From NCBI GenBank assembly GCA_022813865.1, contig JALDZX010000045.1, positions 62,001-126,000 of the forward strand: a stretch of 64,000 nucleotides of DNA, written 5' to 3'. This stretch comes from Xylographa opegraphella (lineage: Eukaryota). Of the stretch, positions 47,936 through 60,795 are shown piece after piece. A program made the position numbers and the translations under genes. The notes under the pieces are model-generated. The model saw only the letters and a program-made list of their open reading frames with translations. It was not told where the DNA came from and searched no databases. Numbering within the stretch: the stretch's first letter is position 1; each line of letters begins with the position of its first letter.

Positions 47936-48590
47936 TTATAATACTTTCGGCTTTCCTGCTTTCTGTATTACCGCCAGAATCGGCTCTTCTAAGGACTCTG
48001 GTTTTGTGGTACTCGCCCAACGTCCCTTCACCTGCCCATCTACACCAATCAAGAACTTCTCAAAGTTCCATTTGATGCGCTTCATACCCATCAGCCCTGG
48101 CATTTCCTTCTTCATCCATTCGTACACCGGCTCCGCTTTGTCGCCATTGACATCTGTTTTCTTCATGATCGGGAAGGAGACGCCGTAGTTGACCTGGCAG
48201 AACTCCTGGATTGTGTCATCTGTGCCAGGGTCTTGGTTGCCAAATTGGTTGCAAGGAAAGCCGAGAATGACAAATTGGTCGGGGTGTTTGGAGGTGATGT
48301 TCTTGTACAGCTTCTCGAGGCCTTCGAACTGCGGAGTGAAACCGCTAACACAAAGAATAAGTGCATGTGCCGATGGCGGAAATGTCCGGAAAGATCTACC
48401 ATTTTGAAGCGGTGTTCACGACTAGCACCGCCTTGCCTTGAAGATTGGCGAGCTCATATGGCTGCCCTTTCTCTGTGAAATAAAACCGTATTAGTAAAAG
48501 GAACTCGTGAAAGGAAACATGGTGGCTTGTGGAGTCAGTCGACTGACTGTCTAATGGCGTAAAATTGTAGAAAGTCGTTGCTGATGACAT
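47936..48590 (-). CDS. HYR1: Glutathione peroxidase (Cys-type, Hyr1/Gpx3-like), 3 exons
   Basis: VVNTASKC|GFTPQ, LGFPCNQFG, FCQVNYGVSFP and IKWNFEKFLI. An in-frame upstream ATG lies at 48692. Confidence 0.93.
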
Positions 48591-49170
48591 AGCTGGGTAA
48601 TGTCTGCGAGCTGTTGGAGATATGATGTACGACGGTGAAAGCCGCGTTGCTGTCGTCCAACTCGATCGTATCGTTACCTTCAGAACTAGCATATGTGGAA
48701 CGTAAGTCGATGCGTGCAACAAAATCCTACATACCTCGGTCTCAGGGTTTAAAGCCGGAACTAGTGCATCTTCACACGCGGAAACATCTCTGCTCTTTCG
48801 CCGACTTTGCCAACCCTGATCGGGTATCGGGTAACGGGTATCATAAGCGCCACTGGACGAATTAGATCAAGCTCCCGAGTGAGGCAAACACCTTCCTCAG
48901 CCTGCCCAGAACTGAAGCAGCACACAAGCATATTTCAGTAAGTTTCCCGCCACTCCCGGTAGACCCTGCCTGGATACAGCGTCTGAGCACCGGTCAAAGG
49001 GTCTTAATCAAAAACCCTGAGGATAACAGTAGTGGTCCGAGGCCCGATGAAATCGATACGTGTATTAGGAAACAAAAACGATGCGACTAGAATCAGCTAC
49101 CCTTCATCAAAAGTGGAAAACAATTACCTGGGTCCGAGAGAGTATCAAGCCCACGAACCTTGTGAAAGGA

Positions 49171-49190
49171 CTAGGGCTAGGGCTAGGGCT
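49171..49190. repeat. (CTAGGG)3 telomere-variant microsatellite
   Basis: CTAGGGCTAGGGCTAGGGCT. Confidence 0.8.
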
Positions 49191-49317
49191 AATTCATCAC
49201 GTGTGTGATGCTTTCATCCGGGTTAAAAGCGAGTATGCAGAACCTGAAATCCGCCGAGGGTACGAGAATTACCTCGAGAAATACCTCGGCCGACTACCTA
49301 CTCTGGTTGACATCTAT

Positions 49318-50390
49318 TCACTGAGTCTTCTTTTGATGACCTAGATACCATTTACCTCCTCTCTTGATACCCTCCTGCGTATTCACATCTACATAGTATT
49401 TCAATCGATACCGGCCCTTATCAATGCGGAAGGTTCTCGTCATGCACGCAAACCGTATAGTGCTTCGATTGAACGTTGAGGTTTTCGTACCGAAGGTCGT
49501 AGCCCATACAACCCATTCAGCGACTGTCCCAATCATATACCCCAGTCTCTTAGGTATAACCCATACATTTTCGTTCTTTACCGGGTGTCCGGCTGCAGCC
49601 CCAATGGCACGAGCAAGTCCCAGAAAGGCATCGGCTCCCCGTCAGTCACGACGAATGTCTCTCCATCTACCCGCTCGCCCGGAAAGATTGGGGTGAGAGA
49701 CTTGACTGAGCGAAGGAGAGCTTTAACAGCAAGGACATGCGCGGATGCGGCATTTCCCAAATAGGTAAATCAAACTTATTTGTACCGTCACCGATTGGAT
49801 GCTCAACTTTCTTCTTGAGCAGTCCTCACCATCCTTTTGATCAATTTTGATCAAGACAAGGTCGCCTTCTGGAAAGATCCTCGCAGGTCAGATGGCGGTT
49901 GTCATCATATCAAGTCAGACGTTGGCAGCCAAGACAAGGGATTCGACCACGGCTTTGGTATGGGTATAGTATTCCCACTGCTCGGGCGTGTACACGAGAG
50001 GGAACCCCTCGTCTCTATAAGACATGTCGTGGAAAGCGTCATGCACAACGGAAGTACTCGACATACAGACGAAAGCCTTCACAGTTCCGACTTTTTGAGC
50101 GGATTCCAACAGATTACGCGTTCTTTCAATATTGACCTTGTCATAAAGACTTTGCGTTGAGGAAATAGCCTCAGGAGATGCAGTGTGCATGATGGCTTGC
50201 ACGTCAAGTTCCGATGTGAAGTTGCCGTCATAGTATTCAACGGATGGAAGCCGAGTACAACCAGTGCGGAGATCCAATACAGAGACGTCAGCGGCAGAAT
50301 CTTCTCCAAGAAGCTGTGATACAACACGCTGTCCCAAGAAACTACAGCCTCCAATCACGAGGATTGCACCAAGGGTTGTTCAGAACTCAT
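49318..50390 (-). pseudogene. Decayed ERG26-like 3-beta-hydroxysteroid dehydrogenase/decarboxylase
   Basis: ILVIGGCSFLG, HTASP, VKAFVCMSSTSVV, YTHTKA, TTAI*PARIF, IGDGTNKFD, GNAASAHVLA, GETFVVTDGEPMPFWD and TRTFRIDKGRYRLKY. In-frame TGA codons at 49915 and 49888 and several frameshifts. Confidence 0.88.
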
Positions 50391-51426
50391 TGAAGTTTTA
50401 AAGAAAGCATAAGACAAAGATCAGGTGACAATCGATAGAAAGCACGGTAGGTACGTTCGAATGTGAATCATTCCAAGATTGCCTACCCAGATTCATCCAT
50501 CCACAAGGGCATGAACTTGATTGGCCCTCGCAATACGGTAGTGCAGTAGCTTATTGTGCAGACAATCTGAAAACTGATTGCCTCACTGGTAGATTTGGTT
50601 CCTTGGTTTGCAGCACATATGTTGACAGGATTGATGTGGAACGGCTGCAGTAACGATTTGGTATCCATGTACCTCGATAGGTAATTCGTTCCAACATGCC
50701 ATTGCGCCAAGGACACGTGCGGCTACCAAAGCTATGGGAGAAACGCTTTCAACGGAACTGAAGGCGAACCTTTTGAATTTCCAGCTCACCCGTCTACAGA
50801 CCTGCTGCCTGGTTGCCGGGAGAGGCAGTGAAGTATAATAAGCTGTAAGTGCAGGTTATCTTGTCACGGGCCTTCGCCAATCGACTTGATCGGCTCCTAT
50901 GGCAAACAGCACACGTGAGTGCATCTTAAACTGGCTATACAGGGTAAATTCCCAGTTGGGGCAAATCCTCCAATATGCAACCAAAAATTGGTTAAGGTTC
51001 CCTGCCAGCACTAACACGTACAACCAATGAAACACCTTGCCCAGTAACCTATTCCGTACATTAACGGTTAATGCGAACAGGATCCCGTCTTTTCCAATGC
51101 CGAGCGAGGCTGTAAAATCTAATTCCATGTGTACCAAACCACGCAAGCATTAGAAGTTAGTAGCCTTAGAAATGGCTTGCAGGCCTGTCCGCCAGACAGA
51201 GCCATAGCCAGAGCTGTGAAGCACCCTCGGTCGTTCCGGGTCCACCGTGTTGCCCAAGTCTTTTCGGACCTAAAGCTTCAGAAAATCTCACAGCGTGCTC
51301 CCCTCGAATCATCCTTGCAAAATTACCAATAATCCTCGGTCTCTGATCGTAGCCTCTCCATCCTTAATAAAGCCAGCCCGCTTGCTCCCCACAGCTCGTA
51401 GTACTACGTCCATATCTTCCACTAGC

Positions 51427-51903
51427 TTATCCACAATAAAATCCCCTCTGCATCACCATCCACGTGGTACTGCCCATCGCAACTATCATCACCGTCGCAC
51501 ACCCTGCATCCGCTTGCATTGTCCCATAGACGAGCCACTCGGACGAGAAGTGCAGCAGCGCGATCACGAACGTGCCCAGCGTGACCATGTAGAAATCCGG
51601 ATTATCGATGTGGTAGGCGGCGTACAGGCGAATCACAGCGGACAGAAACGTCCAGGTGCCGTACACGCGCGCCGCAAAAGGCGTCACCTGGCTGGCAGCG
51701 AAGGGACTGGCGTAGGTCTGACGAGGCCAGCGGAGGGAGCGATATGAGTTGATGCTGTTGCTGACGGCGGCGACGGAAACCTGTGGAGAAGAAGTCAGAG
51801 TGGGTGATAGGCGCAAATGGGTTAGGACGTGAGCCGTAGTTGAACATACGAGGAGCAGCCAATAAGGTAGAAGACCTTGGTGAGCGGGGAGGTACGAGGA
51901 CAT
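51427..51903 (-). CDS. ERG28: Ergosterol biosynthesis scaffold protein Erg28, 2 exons
   Basis: GLLPYWLLL|VS..NSINSY, VTPFAARVYGTWTFLSAVIRLYAAYHI and HFSSEWLVYGT. Confidence 0.95.
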   Translation of the reverse strand: MSSYLPAHQGLLPYWLLLVCSTTAHVLTHLRLSPTLTSSPQVSVAAVSNSINSYRSLRWPRQTYASPFAASQVTPFAARVYGTWTFLSAVIRLYAAYHIDNPDFYMVTLGTFVIALLHFSSEWLVYGTMQADAGCATVMIVAMGSTTWMVMQRGFYCG

Positions 51904-52206
51904 TCTAGTTTCGAGGTCGCAAATCAATTGTGACCACAATCATCTAATGTCTCAAAGTGTGGGAGCCCGTAGTTGCAGAGGAAATACAGGTAGTGACACA
52001 GATAATCACGAGAAGGATTTATGTACGACGGATATGATTTACGCAGCGAGGAAGCTTAACGCGTTTGCAATTTATGACCTCAAAGTGGTGAGCGCGCTAG
52101 CGCTAAGTAGCGTAATTACCCGCGCTATCTACCTTACCTTATTAAGTTATTCCGTTACGGAGTACAAGCTTTCGCCTTACAAGTTTCGCGAAGCAATTGG
52201 TAGCAT

Positions 52207-54480
52207 TCAGCCTGCTGCCTTGTACAGCCGTCCCAATAACCTCTTAACTCCAGCCCACTCCTCCATCTTGACAGCTTCGCCTGACAAATCAGCCCCTGCT
52301 TCGAACACGGTAACCAGCCCTCCCACGCCTCCAACAGCAAGCCTCTTACCCTCCTTCTCATCCCAGGAAACTTTGTTAAGGCTGTTTGGAACATAAGCTC
52401 CAGCCAGTCCGACCACTTTTTTGTTGGCAGATGGCGTCACTTTGGCAGCCGGGACTTCAACATCATACATCAAGTCCCACACTTCGAGACTTCCGGCGCC
52501 ATCGACCAGAGCGAAGACAGCGGGTTTATGAGGAGACCAGCGAGCGTCATAGACCACATCTTCACGAGCGAATTCCATAATTGGATGAATCTCTTGCACG
52601 TTAGAAGTGCTTCCACCGGACAACGAGCTTGCGAAAGCAGAAGACGATGTGGGTACCGCCGAAGCAGCTGCCGCAGATGATGGTACACGAACCTTCCAAA
52701 GTCTGACCGTCCAATCGAGAGAACTGGTGAGAAGCATGTCACTCAGATCAAGGGGTCCTCGTGCCGGGTGAAAGCTCAAGCTCATCACTGGGGCGGCATG
52801 TCCTTTGTAGCGAAGACGAGTATCCACTCCTGCTTTCGCACCGGCCCGATCATAGCGATGACACGGGTAGATCGTGCCCTCTTCAGTTCCTACAACGAAT
52901 GATGTTGGGTCAGATGGAGGAAAGGCCATACACGTAGGACTGAGATCCTCAGTTTTGGTAGGCGGAGGACTTATTAGCTCCAGATACTCTTGTGGCTGGG
53001 AAAGCATGTCGACCGTCCAACCGCAAACGACACCATCAGTGGAGCAAGAGATGATGTTATTGGCATTTTGGGTACCAACGATATCAATACTGTAAATCGG
53101 ATGCGCATGTCCACCTGCGCTAGCACCAGTTAGGGGCGTTTTCTGGACTGGCATAGCTGATCTTGATCTAGTATCCCACAGAAGAACTTGACCGCTGTAC
53201 GAGCCGCCCAATATGAGCGATGGGTGAAAAGGAGAAAACTTGGCAGTCAGTATATCGGAAGTACTGTGGAAGGTATACTCGGGTCGTGAGTGAAGGTGAA
53301 GATTCCAGACTTGCACAAGTCCTGAAGGGTCTTGAGGTGCAGCAGGATTCTTGGTATACGAAGCTAGAAGCAATTCAGGGAACTGCACAAAGGTGAGTTC
53401 ATGTGCTGGAAGGGGCGAAAATTGAACATACTTTGGGCGAGAAATTAATATCACTTATCATACGCTTTTTACTCCACCTTTCATCATAGAACTGCGCTAT
53501 CTCTCTAACTCTTCTGCCCTTTCTCCCTCGTGAACTCCCGTAGCGTTCATCATCTTCGTCGCTTAAATCATCGAGACCTTCGGGTGCGTAATTTGCCAAT
53601 ACATCGTATTCTTGTTCCAGAGCGCGCTCAATTACTTTGCTAGACCTTTCGAGAAAATCTGCAAAGTCATCCGACGATGTCACGGCATTCATCTCATCCC
53701 CAGTCAATGCTCTTGCCGGAAACCTTTGCTTTGTAGTCTGTTCATTCGTGTCGGCGGTTGTAGGGTCTTTCACAGCTTTCAATTCCTCTTCGATCTCTCG
53801 TCTGAGGTTCCTGCGTAATTCCTCTTCTCTATCTCGCTCTCGCCGGCTCAATCTTTTGGACGCTCGGGGTGTACGCGCTGTTGACGGAGAGTACTCGGTA
53901 TCAGAGTCGGAGAAGTTGTCTCGTGATCCTTTGAGCATCGACGGTGACCACGATTCGGTTGTTTGTATTCCAATGCTGTAAGAGAAACTTTCGGCCTTGG
54001 GAGCAGTGATAGGAGGTGTTTCGTAATTGACAGAAACTTCGATGGTAGAGAGAGTCTGTGTGGCTATAGAGCTTGTTTGAAGTTGACCCCTTTTTATAGG
54101 TGTGCCCGGAAGCTGATCAGTGTATTCCCCAATATTCTGACTGGAGCTCACGACCGAACTTGGTCGACTGCTACGGCCGGCTGGAGAGGCATTCCCAGAT
54201 TCCCTCGGTCCAACAGAACCAGGTCTCCCATCTCCGACTAAGCTAGAAATCAAACTATCGAGCTCTTTCCGATTGTCGGCACGTGCAGGCACTGGAGCTG
54301 CTAGCTATGTTAAGAATGATCAATTGGCGCTTCCTTATTTCAGGATGGTTATCTCACCTCAGAAGATCCTTCACCGATCTGCCCTCGTTGTGTGAGTTCC
54401 CTTTGTCTGAGCTCTCTTTGGCGCTTCAGCTCTGCGAGCTTCGCCTTCTTCGCCAATATCTCGTCTTTGCGTTGCTGCAT
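52207..54480 (-). CDS. PAC11: Cytoplasmic dynein intermediate chain (NudI/Pac11-type), 3 exons
   Basis: N-terminal coiled coil MQQRKDEILAKKAKLAELKRQRE, FLERSSKVIERAL, and WD40 repeats (FPELLLASY, GGSYSGQVLLWD, VGTEEGTIY, TSSLDWTVRLW). Confidence 0.94.
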
Positions 54481-55030
54481 TGTACTACAGTGGGCGTTGC
54501 AAGAAGCTTGTGATGCAGAGTGTATCAATTCTCCAGCAGTCAGAGAGTCTCCGCTAAAATTAAAGGAACAATAGCTGGAAGTGCGGGAAACGCGTTCTTT
54601 GTTATCAAGAAAGTGCCGGGAGCATCACCGTCACATCCTAGGGGTTTGAATCGGCGCTTTCTTAAAGTCAAGCGACCAAATAAAATGTCCTAAGCACGAG
54701 AATTCCAACGCTTTGTTCAATGTAAAGTGATTGCACATCAATCGAGTACGACAGAATATGATCCAAAACTGAAATCACATCGGTACAGCTATGTAGATAG
54801 GGCTGACAATTACGGCGCCGAAAACCACCGAGGAAACCCAATCTTGATCAACCTCTACGTCGAATTTCCTAACCTGTTCAACCACAACCCCTCGTCCTCC
54901 CATTGCATCTCCATCTTCTGACCCCCGACGATCCCTTTCTCAGCGCAACCGTCCCAGACTCCTAACCCCTCAGTACCTGCCTACCGCCGCTCCTCTACCG
55001 CCCGCAGTGTACCCAAGGGCGCAAGTAACA

Positions 55031-55510
55031 ATGGCTGCATCGGGGGCAAACGTCTGCTTTACCTCCAACTACGCACGTAATTAAGATTAGTATTGACATA
55101 TCCGCTGCATAGGTCCTCCGCTATACCGCGCTCGGCTCCGGCGTCTTCTACGGCCTGTTCCACCAACGGACGCTCAACGCGCATGCCGAGCAGCAGGAGC
55201 TGCAGCGGAAGTACCAAGCGGAGGAGTCGCTGATCGCAAAGGCTAAGGCGGAGTATGCAAAGAAGACGACGCCGCAGGAGAGAAAGACGACGGGTGGTGG
55301 AGGTATGTTTTCCGTGTCTCATCACGTGTGTGTCTGGGGCGCAATTTGTCAATGGTTGTTTATGGGGAGACTGCTGTGACGCGAAGTACGCTTTGAGGCG
55401 AGAGAGTCCGGGACTGATTGTGTGAGCTTCTAGTGACATCAGATCCGGATGATCCCAAATTCGACCTGGAAGCTTACCTGACGATGAATATGGCGGACGG
55501 GGCGAAATGA
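55031..55510 (+). CDS. ATP21: Mitochondrial ATP synthase subunit e, 3 exons (not in the ORF track)
   Basis: MAASGAN|VLRYTALGSGVFYGLFHQRTL..LIAKAKAEYAKK..|..DPDDPKFDLEAYL; introns 55052-55112 and about 55303-55432. Confidence 0.92.
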
Positions 55511-55759
55511 TTATGTGGTGTGGGAGAATGGTATGCCGCCCAGCTGGGGCATTCGCCAACTACGCTTACAAAACTGCAGTATGCATTAGACTGGCGGACC
55601 CTATAGCCGATAGCAATGTAAAATGTAAATATTGTACACTAAATACCACATCTTCGATGACATTCTTATATGCCCTATTGAAATGCACACGCATATATAT
55701 TTAGATGCAATCTCACCAGTGTTATGATATTAGCTCACTAATCACTCTAGTTCCGTAAC

Positions 55760-58234
55760 TTATTTCGCAAAATGTAGATCGTACCCGAGCCATTTCCGCG
55801 CGTTCACTCCGGCCACATCCAGTCCCGGCTTCCCATAGGTCAGCGGCAGGAAAAAGTACCATCCCCAAAGAACCGCTGCCATGACGACCCCAACAGCAGC
55901 CCATAACCCCAGCATGTTTCCTCCCATCCTCTCCTTGACCGATAAAGTGCGTCGGTGAGTGACCCCGGTTCCTTTCTTCTTTCCGCCCTTGGCCTCTGTA
56001 ATAGCAACATTATTGGGCTCATCCGAGGCCACCGGATCTACTGTAAACACAAACTCTAGCAGGGCTCCAGTGACGAGAGCCGAAGCGAGGTGGGCAGGGA
56101 GATAGTGGTGAAGAAACAATTGACGACCCATCAGGAAGAACGGGAGATAGTGTGCTGCCCACGTCAAGAAAAAGAACCCAGTAGAATTGTAAAGTCGTGA
56201 TCGAGTTCCTGATACCCAAACTAATTAGAATGACAGTCAATGTGATGAATAAGGTGAGGTAAAGGATATTCTTACGTTCGTCTAGAGCGTCCACACCTCT
56301 TCGTAACGATAGCTGATCGGCACCAATGATACCAGCAAATACTGCTAAGATACTACTAGTAATCCACCACCCAATCGGGTTTCCGAGGAAGTATATTTGA
56401 CGTCTGGTGTCATTTTGAGTCCAGAAGCTGACACCTCGCAATAAGAAAGGCCATTGTATAGGATGACTTGCGTAAGGATGGCTGCTTGTCAAAGCATTGT
56501 TATGGTAGAACATTGCCCTTTGAAGCTCAAAATATTTCTTCAAGAAAGGCAGTCGCTTGACCTTGCGAGGTTCTCTCTTCCTACGGTCACTTTCCTCGGG
56601 TAGGGAAGGTATTGTATCAACGAACCAAATATTACTCGATTGAGCCACATTTTTGTTTCCATTGATTTCCGCTTGCTTGAAGGCCCAGTCTGGCAGTGGT
56701 GTAGTGTGGGTCCACATAGCAACTTTTGTTGGGTGGTGGATAAGTTTAAATTGGCCAGACATTGTCTTAAACTCCTGTTTTCCTTTCCCTTGTTCTATTC
56801 TCAGCTCGAAAAGTGTATCATTGAAACGCCCACCATTGGCTTCATCCAAAGATACAGTGGTGAATTCTTGGTTCGTAGGATAGTAAGGTGACGCTACATC
56901 ATGGGACAGCAAAATCGAATCAGTAACAACGTGCCGGAGCTTGATCAAATCGCCGTTTCGTACGTGCTGGCCACTTTTATTGTCGTCAGGAGTAATGTGG
57001 CCAGGTAGAATTTGCCAATGATTGTTTATGTCTTCAAATGGATATCCGGTCACTTGTTGACCTTGGCTGGAGACTCTACCATCATCGTATCGCAGCGGGT
57101 ATTTGTCGTAATGACTATGAAGATAATTCTTGGTCTCCTTGTGCTTGATTGCAATTGTATCGTAGTAGTCAATTCCAACCGATTGCATAGTCATGATATT
57201 GTCACTCAGAGTCTCTTGAAATTCGGGTGACATGAAGTCATCTCCAGGTCCAGACCGGGTAAGGATGGCAAAATGTACCTGAAACCAGAAGAGGTAGAAA
57301 AAGAAAGGGACAACGATGAGTCCGAAAAGGCGTGCAGCAAAGTGCTTCCCGAACTCCGGCAGGGTTAAAGCCCCTTGCCTTCTATTGATATCCATCAGTC
57401 CCCAAAGATCAATGACAACAGCACAGCCAATGGAGAAAAAGGTAAACGCGCCGACGTATTTGGTGGAGATGACGCAACTAAGAGCTACGCCTGTAAGGAG
57501 TAGCCATTTCCACCATTTTCTTCCAAAAGGATCGTGCCGAAGTTTATAGAAACGCACGTAACATAGCACACTGACCGACATGGCAAATACCAGCGTGGCG
57601 TCCAATAGTATGAGGCGCGTTTGCCCAATGTGCGCATTGTCGAAAAGTACGAGGCAAGCGGCAAGAACAGCTGCAGGCAGCGAGTAGCCAGATTCCCACA
57701 TAATCAGGAAGACGGTTGGCACGGTAAGAGCGCCTAGAAGTGCCGGCATAGCTCTGAAAGCTACGTAGGGGACTTTGTTGTCGATATACGAATCTCCAAT
57801 ATTATCAAACAAGAAATGTCCATCGTAGCCCACAAACCAGCCCATAAGGGCAAAGAGCAGCTTCCCAAAAGGCGGGTGGACATCGAAAAAATAAGTTCTT
57901 TGTAGGTAATATGACGCGAACTAAATACAAGCTAAGAATCAGTGACCACATATATGTATCAAAACACTGCGCCTGGAATTACCTTTCCGAAGTGCACCTC
58001 ATCAAAAACAACTTCATTTGGATGCCCGATGCCCCAGAATCGTGTCACAAACGCCAGTATGGTTATGCAGCCCAAAGCCAGGTTGTAGTCCCATTCTGAA
58101 CTGGCACTTGAGGCAGGGTTCGTTGTCCCCAAAGTACTTTCCACTTGATCGTCACGTGTGGGAGCCGCAGTCATCTGTGTCTTTTTGACGTTGTGGCCAC
58201 CTCGCTGACGCACTGAGCCTGAAGTAGTGGACAT
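55760..58234 (-). CDS. PMT4: Dolichyl-phosphate-mannose:protein O-mannosyltransferase, PMT4 subfamily
   Basis: VVFDEVHFGK|FASYYLQRTYFFDVHPPFGKLL, RLILLDA, MIR domains (YPLRYDDGRVSSQGQQVTGY) and GRQLFLHHYLPA. Confidence 0.96.
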
Positions 58235-58973
58235 ATTCTGGTAATGGAGGTAAAGACTGGAGTTGGGAGAAGCCTGTCAACCGCCATAGTCAGTGATGTT
58301 GTTGGAAAGCTTTCCACCAAACATATCGAGGATTACGGAGTCATACAAAATATTAACTTGGCATCCGGACAGCAGGATGCTACCAGCAATGAAACCTGAG
58401 CCGTAAGTCCACAATGGATTCGTGTTCTCAAGAAACTTCAAGGCGCCCTGAAAGTCAAACGCTTGGCACCCCTGCAGCCTTGCGGTAAATGGTCTTCATC
58501 CCTTTTCTGGCTAAGTGGCTCGCTAAAGATTCGTGCTACTAAGGTACCTACGTAGATGTGGAACACGAGCATGTGAACAAACAAATATCAATCACCATGA
58601 TCGAAATCCCGTGGAAGTGTACAGGTTTCCGCCCACGTTGCACGTCAACAACCTTCAGGTGCGATAATTTACGCTGGTGGTATGCCCGACGATGACTAGT
58701 CTTTCGAACAATCACTTCAAACCATTTGAGCCATTGCATGCGCCCGACAGAATCATTAATAACTGGACTCGGGCGAATGGAGGCCGAACTAGTCTATTCA
58801 TATAGCCTTCTATACATTGGTGCCGTGCGAGAAACTGAACAGCAAGACATCTCCACGATCGTTCAGTAACTGGTGCGTCAACCACTTCACTTACTGACGC
58901 GATCCACTTCTTCGTCTGCTCATGGAGGTACGAAGCATACAGCTCCTGTCAATTGTCTCTGTCGAATTCCAAA

Positions 58974-60128
58974 ATGGTCCAAGCGATAGCAACACCCGAT
59001 CCAGAGTCTCTCATACCACCACTTCTCGCGTGTCTCTCAATCGCTTTTGCTTCTAGGAGTCCGCCTTCGTCTCTCATGCCTCTTCTCTCTCCGATTCTCC
59101 AACAACGAGTGCAACTTCTCTCAGTGACTACCTCACAGTCAGAATCATGGCTGCCCCTACTCTGCTGGGATTCTGCACAAGCTTCAAGATTAGCAGAAGT
59201 TGTCGAGAGCAATTCATTCGAGCCACACCCTGTTTCTGGCGAAGTGGAAGTTGGTGAAGTAGCACAAGTCCAATATAGAAGAGTAGATGAGGAGACGTTC
59301 CACTCTAGGATCAGGCTGGTTGATTTGGGTCTTGTGGTGATGTATTTGTGGTGTGGAGGTGACCCGGAAGGAGGAGGAACTGGCTGGCGCATTTCAGAAA
59401 TCCAGCCGCTATCATCACTCACCAGCGCAGTGGATACTAGTCGTCTCTGGTGGAATACAATATCCGAGGCAGACGAGAAACCTGATAACAAAGTGTCAAA
59501 GCGTCTTCTGGAACCAGAGACGGCAACCGGTCCTCTTTCGTGGTCAAGCTCTTCAGTGCAAAATGGGGGGGAGAAGGATAATGACGATGACGATTATTGG
59601 GCACAGTACGACACTACACCGGCTAGGACACCAGCTATGAAAAGCTCTCCAGCCCTCGATAAGAACTGCGATCGTACCCAACATAATGCATTGGCAACCT
59701 CCGATGCTGAATACTACGCTCAGTATGGTCAAGTCCAGCCGGCAATGGAGAATCATGACCCTTCCGAAGGCATTGATGATAACGGACAGTCGACCTTGAA
59801 TGGCAATACAATACTCGATGCGATGACCATATCGCGGGGCCAAGGTTCACAGTGGACGACGCACGAAATGGCCAATGGAGCCCACGTCACGGACCAGATT
59901 GTGCACACTAGACCATCATCATCCGCTTCGTCAATCTCAGCCGTGGCACGCCTGGAGAATTCGGCGGCTACTCAATCTCATGGTGAGATTGCAGTCCAGC
60001 AACATATCAGCACAAGCATGAAAAGTCTCTTCCGACTTGCATGCGGCATAGGCATGGAGAGGGAGGAATTCGATCGAATTGTGACGAATGAACTGCGCAC
60101 TCTGAGCATGGTGATGGATGATGATTAA
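58974..60128 (+). CDS. Fungal protein of unknown function
   Basis: 384-codon ORF with LIPPLLACL, LLSPILQQRVQLL, WLPLLCW, YRRVDEET, DDDYWAQYD, YYAQYGQVQPAM and HISTSMKSLFRLA. Confidence 0.85.
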   Translation: MVQAIATPDPESLIPPLLACLSIAFASRSPPSSLMPLLSPILQQRVQLLSVTTSQSESWLPLLCWDSAQASRLAEVVESNSFEPHPVSGEVEVGEVAQVQYRRVDEETFHSRIRLVDLGLVVMYLWCGGDPEGGGTGWRISEIQPLSSLTSAVDTSRLWWNTISEADEKPDNKVSKRLLEPETATGPLSWSSSSVQNGGEKDNDDDDYWAQYDTTPARTPAMKSSPALDKNCDRTQHNALATSDAEYYAQYGQVQPAMENHDPSEGIDDNGQSTLNGNTILDAMTISRGQGSQWTTHEMANGAHVTDQIVHTRPSSSASSISAVARLENSAATQSHGEIAVQQHISTSMKSLFRLACGIGMEREEFDRIVTNELRTLSMVMDDD

Positions 60129-60795
60129 TCATGTAGAATATTCTGCATTGGTGGTGTTGCGAGCGTCGCTGAAATGTGTTCGGTCTTGAATTAATCAATC
60201 TGGAACATGGCTCAGTTCATATGAATGGTTATGTTGTGATGTACTTGATCAATATCAAGCTCTTTCGTAAAGAAAGTAACATTGTGAAGTTGCTGTTCAT
60301 AGTAATAGTGATGTTTATCCTGGATGTTCAAATTGACATCCAGTCTCTAACTTTCATGGATCGAAGAACGGCCGGAAAATCACTCCGAACACCGGAAAAC
60401 CTGTGGTGAAAGTCTATTATAACCGAAGCTATTCCACAAGTCAAAGGTACAGCTGATACCTGGATGATGAAGACGGCCTGGAGCTTTATATCTTATGGGA
60501 CGTGACTGACCGTGCAGAAGCAGTCCTCCTCTAATATAACCCTAGACCCTGGTTAGCCTAGCGTAGTCTCATCCGTTTACTACCAATACGTCAAGCGGAC
60601 AAAACAGCCCGGTGTATATCACGAGTGACCAAGGCTTGGAGTGCGTAAAAAGGGCTATCGTAACCATCAATAGCCCGAAAGTCATTCAGATATACTAATG
60701 TTACTAACGCTGGCTAAGAGGTGCGACTGCCTTGACAACATTCGGTGATTGGTGGCTGACCGTCATTGTGAATAACGAACGAGAAGCAATCCATA

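Noticed and set aside
49171..49190. Interstitial telomere
   Set aside because: Only three CTAGGG variant units with no subtelomeric context; simple slippage explains it.
9754..51903. Lipid-themed gene cluster (INO1, ppoC, SREBP, GPx, ERG28)
   Set aside because: The genes are spread over 42 kb among unrelated housekeeping genes, with no backbone enzyme or shared motif seen.
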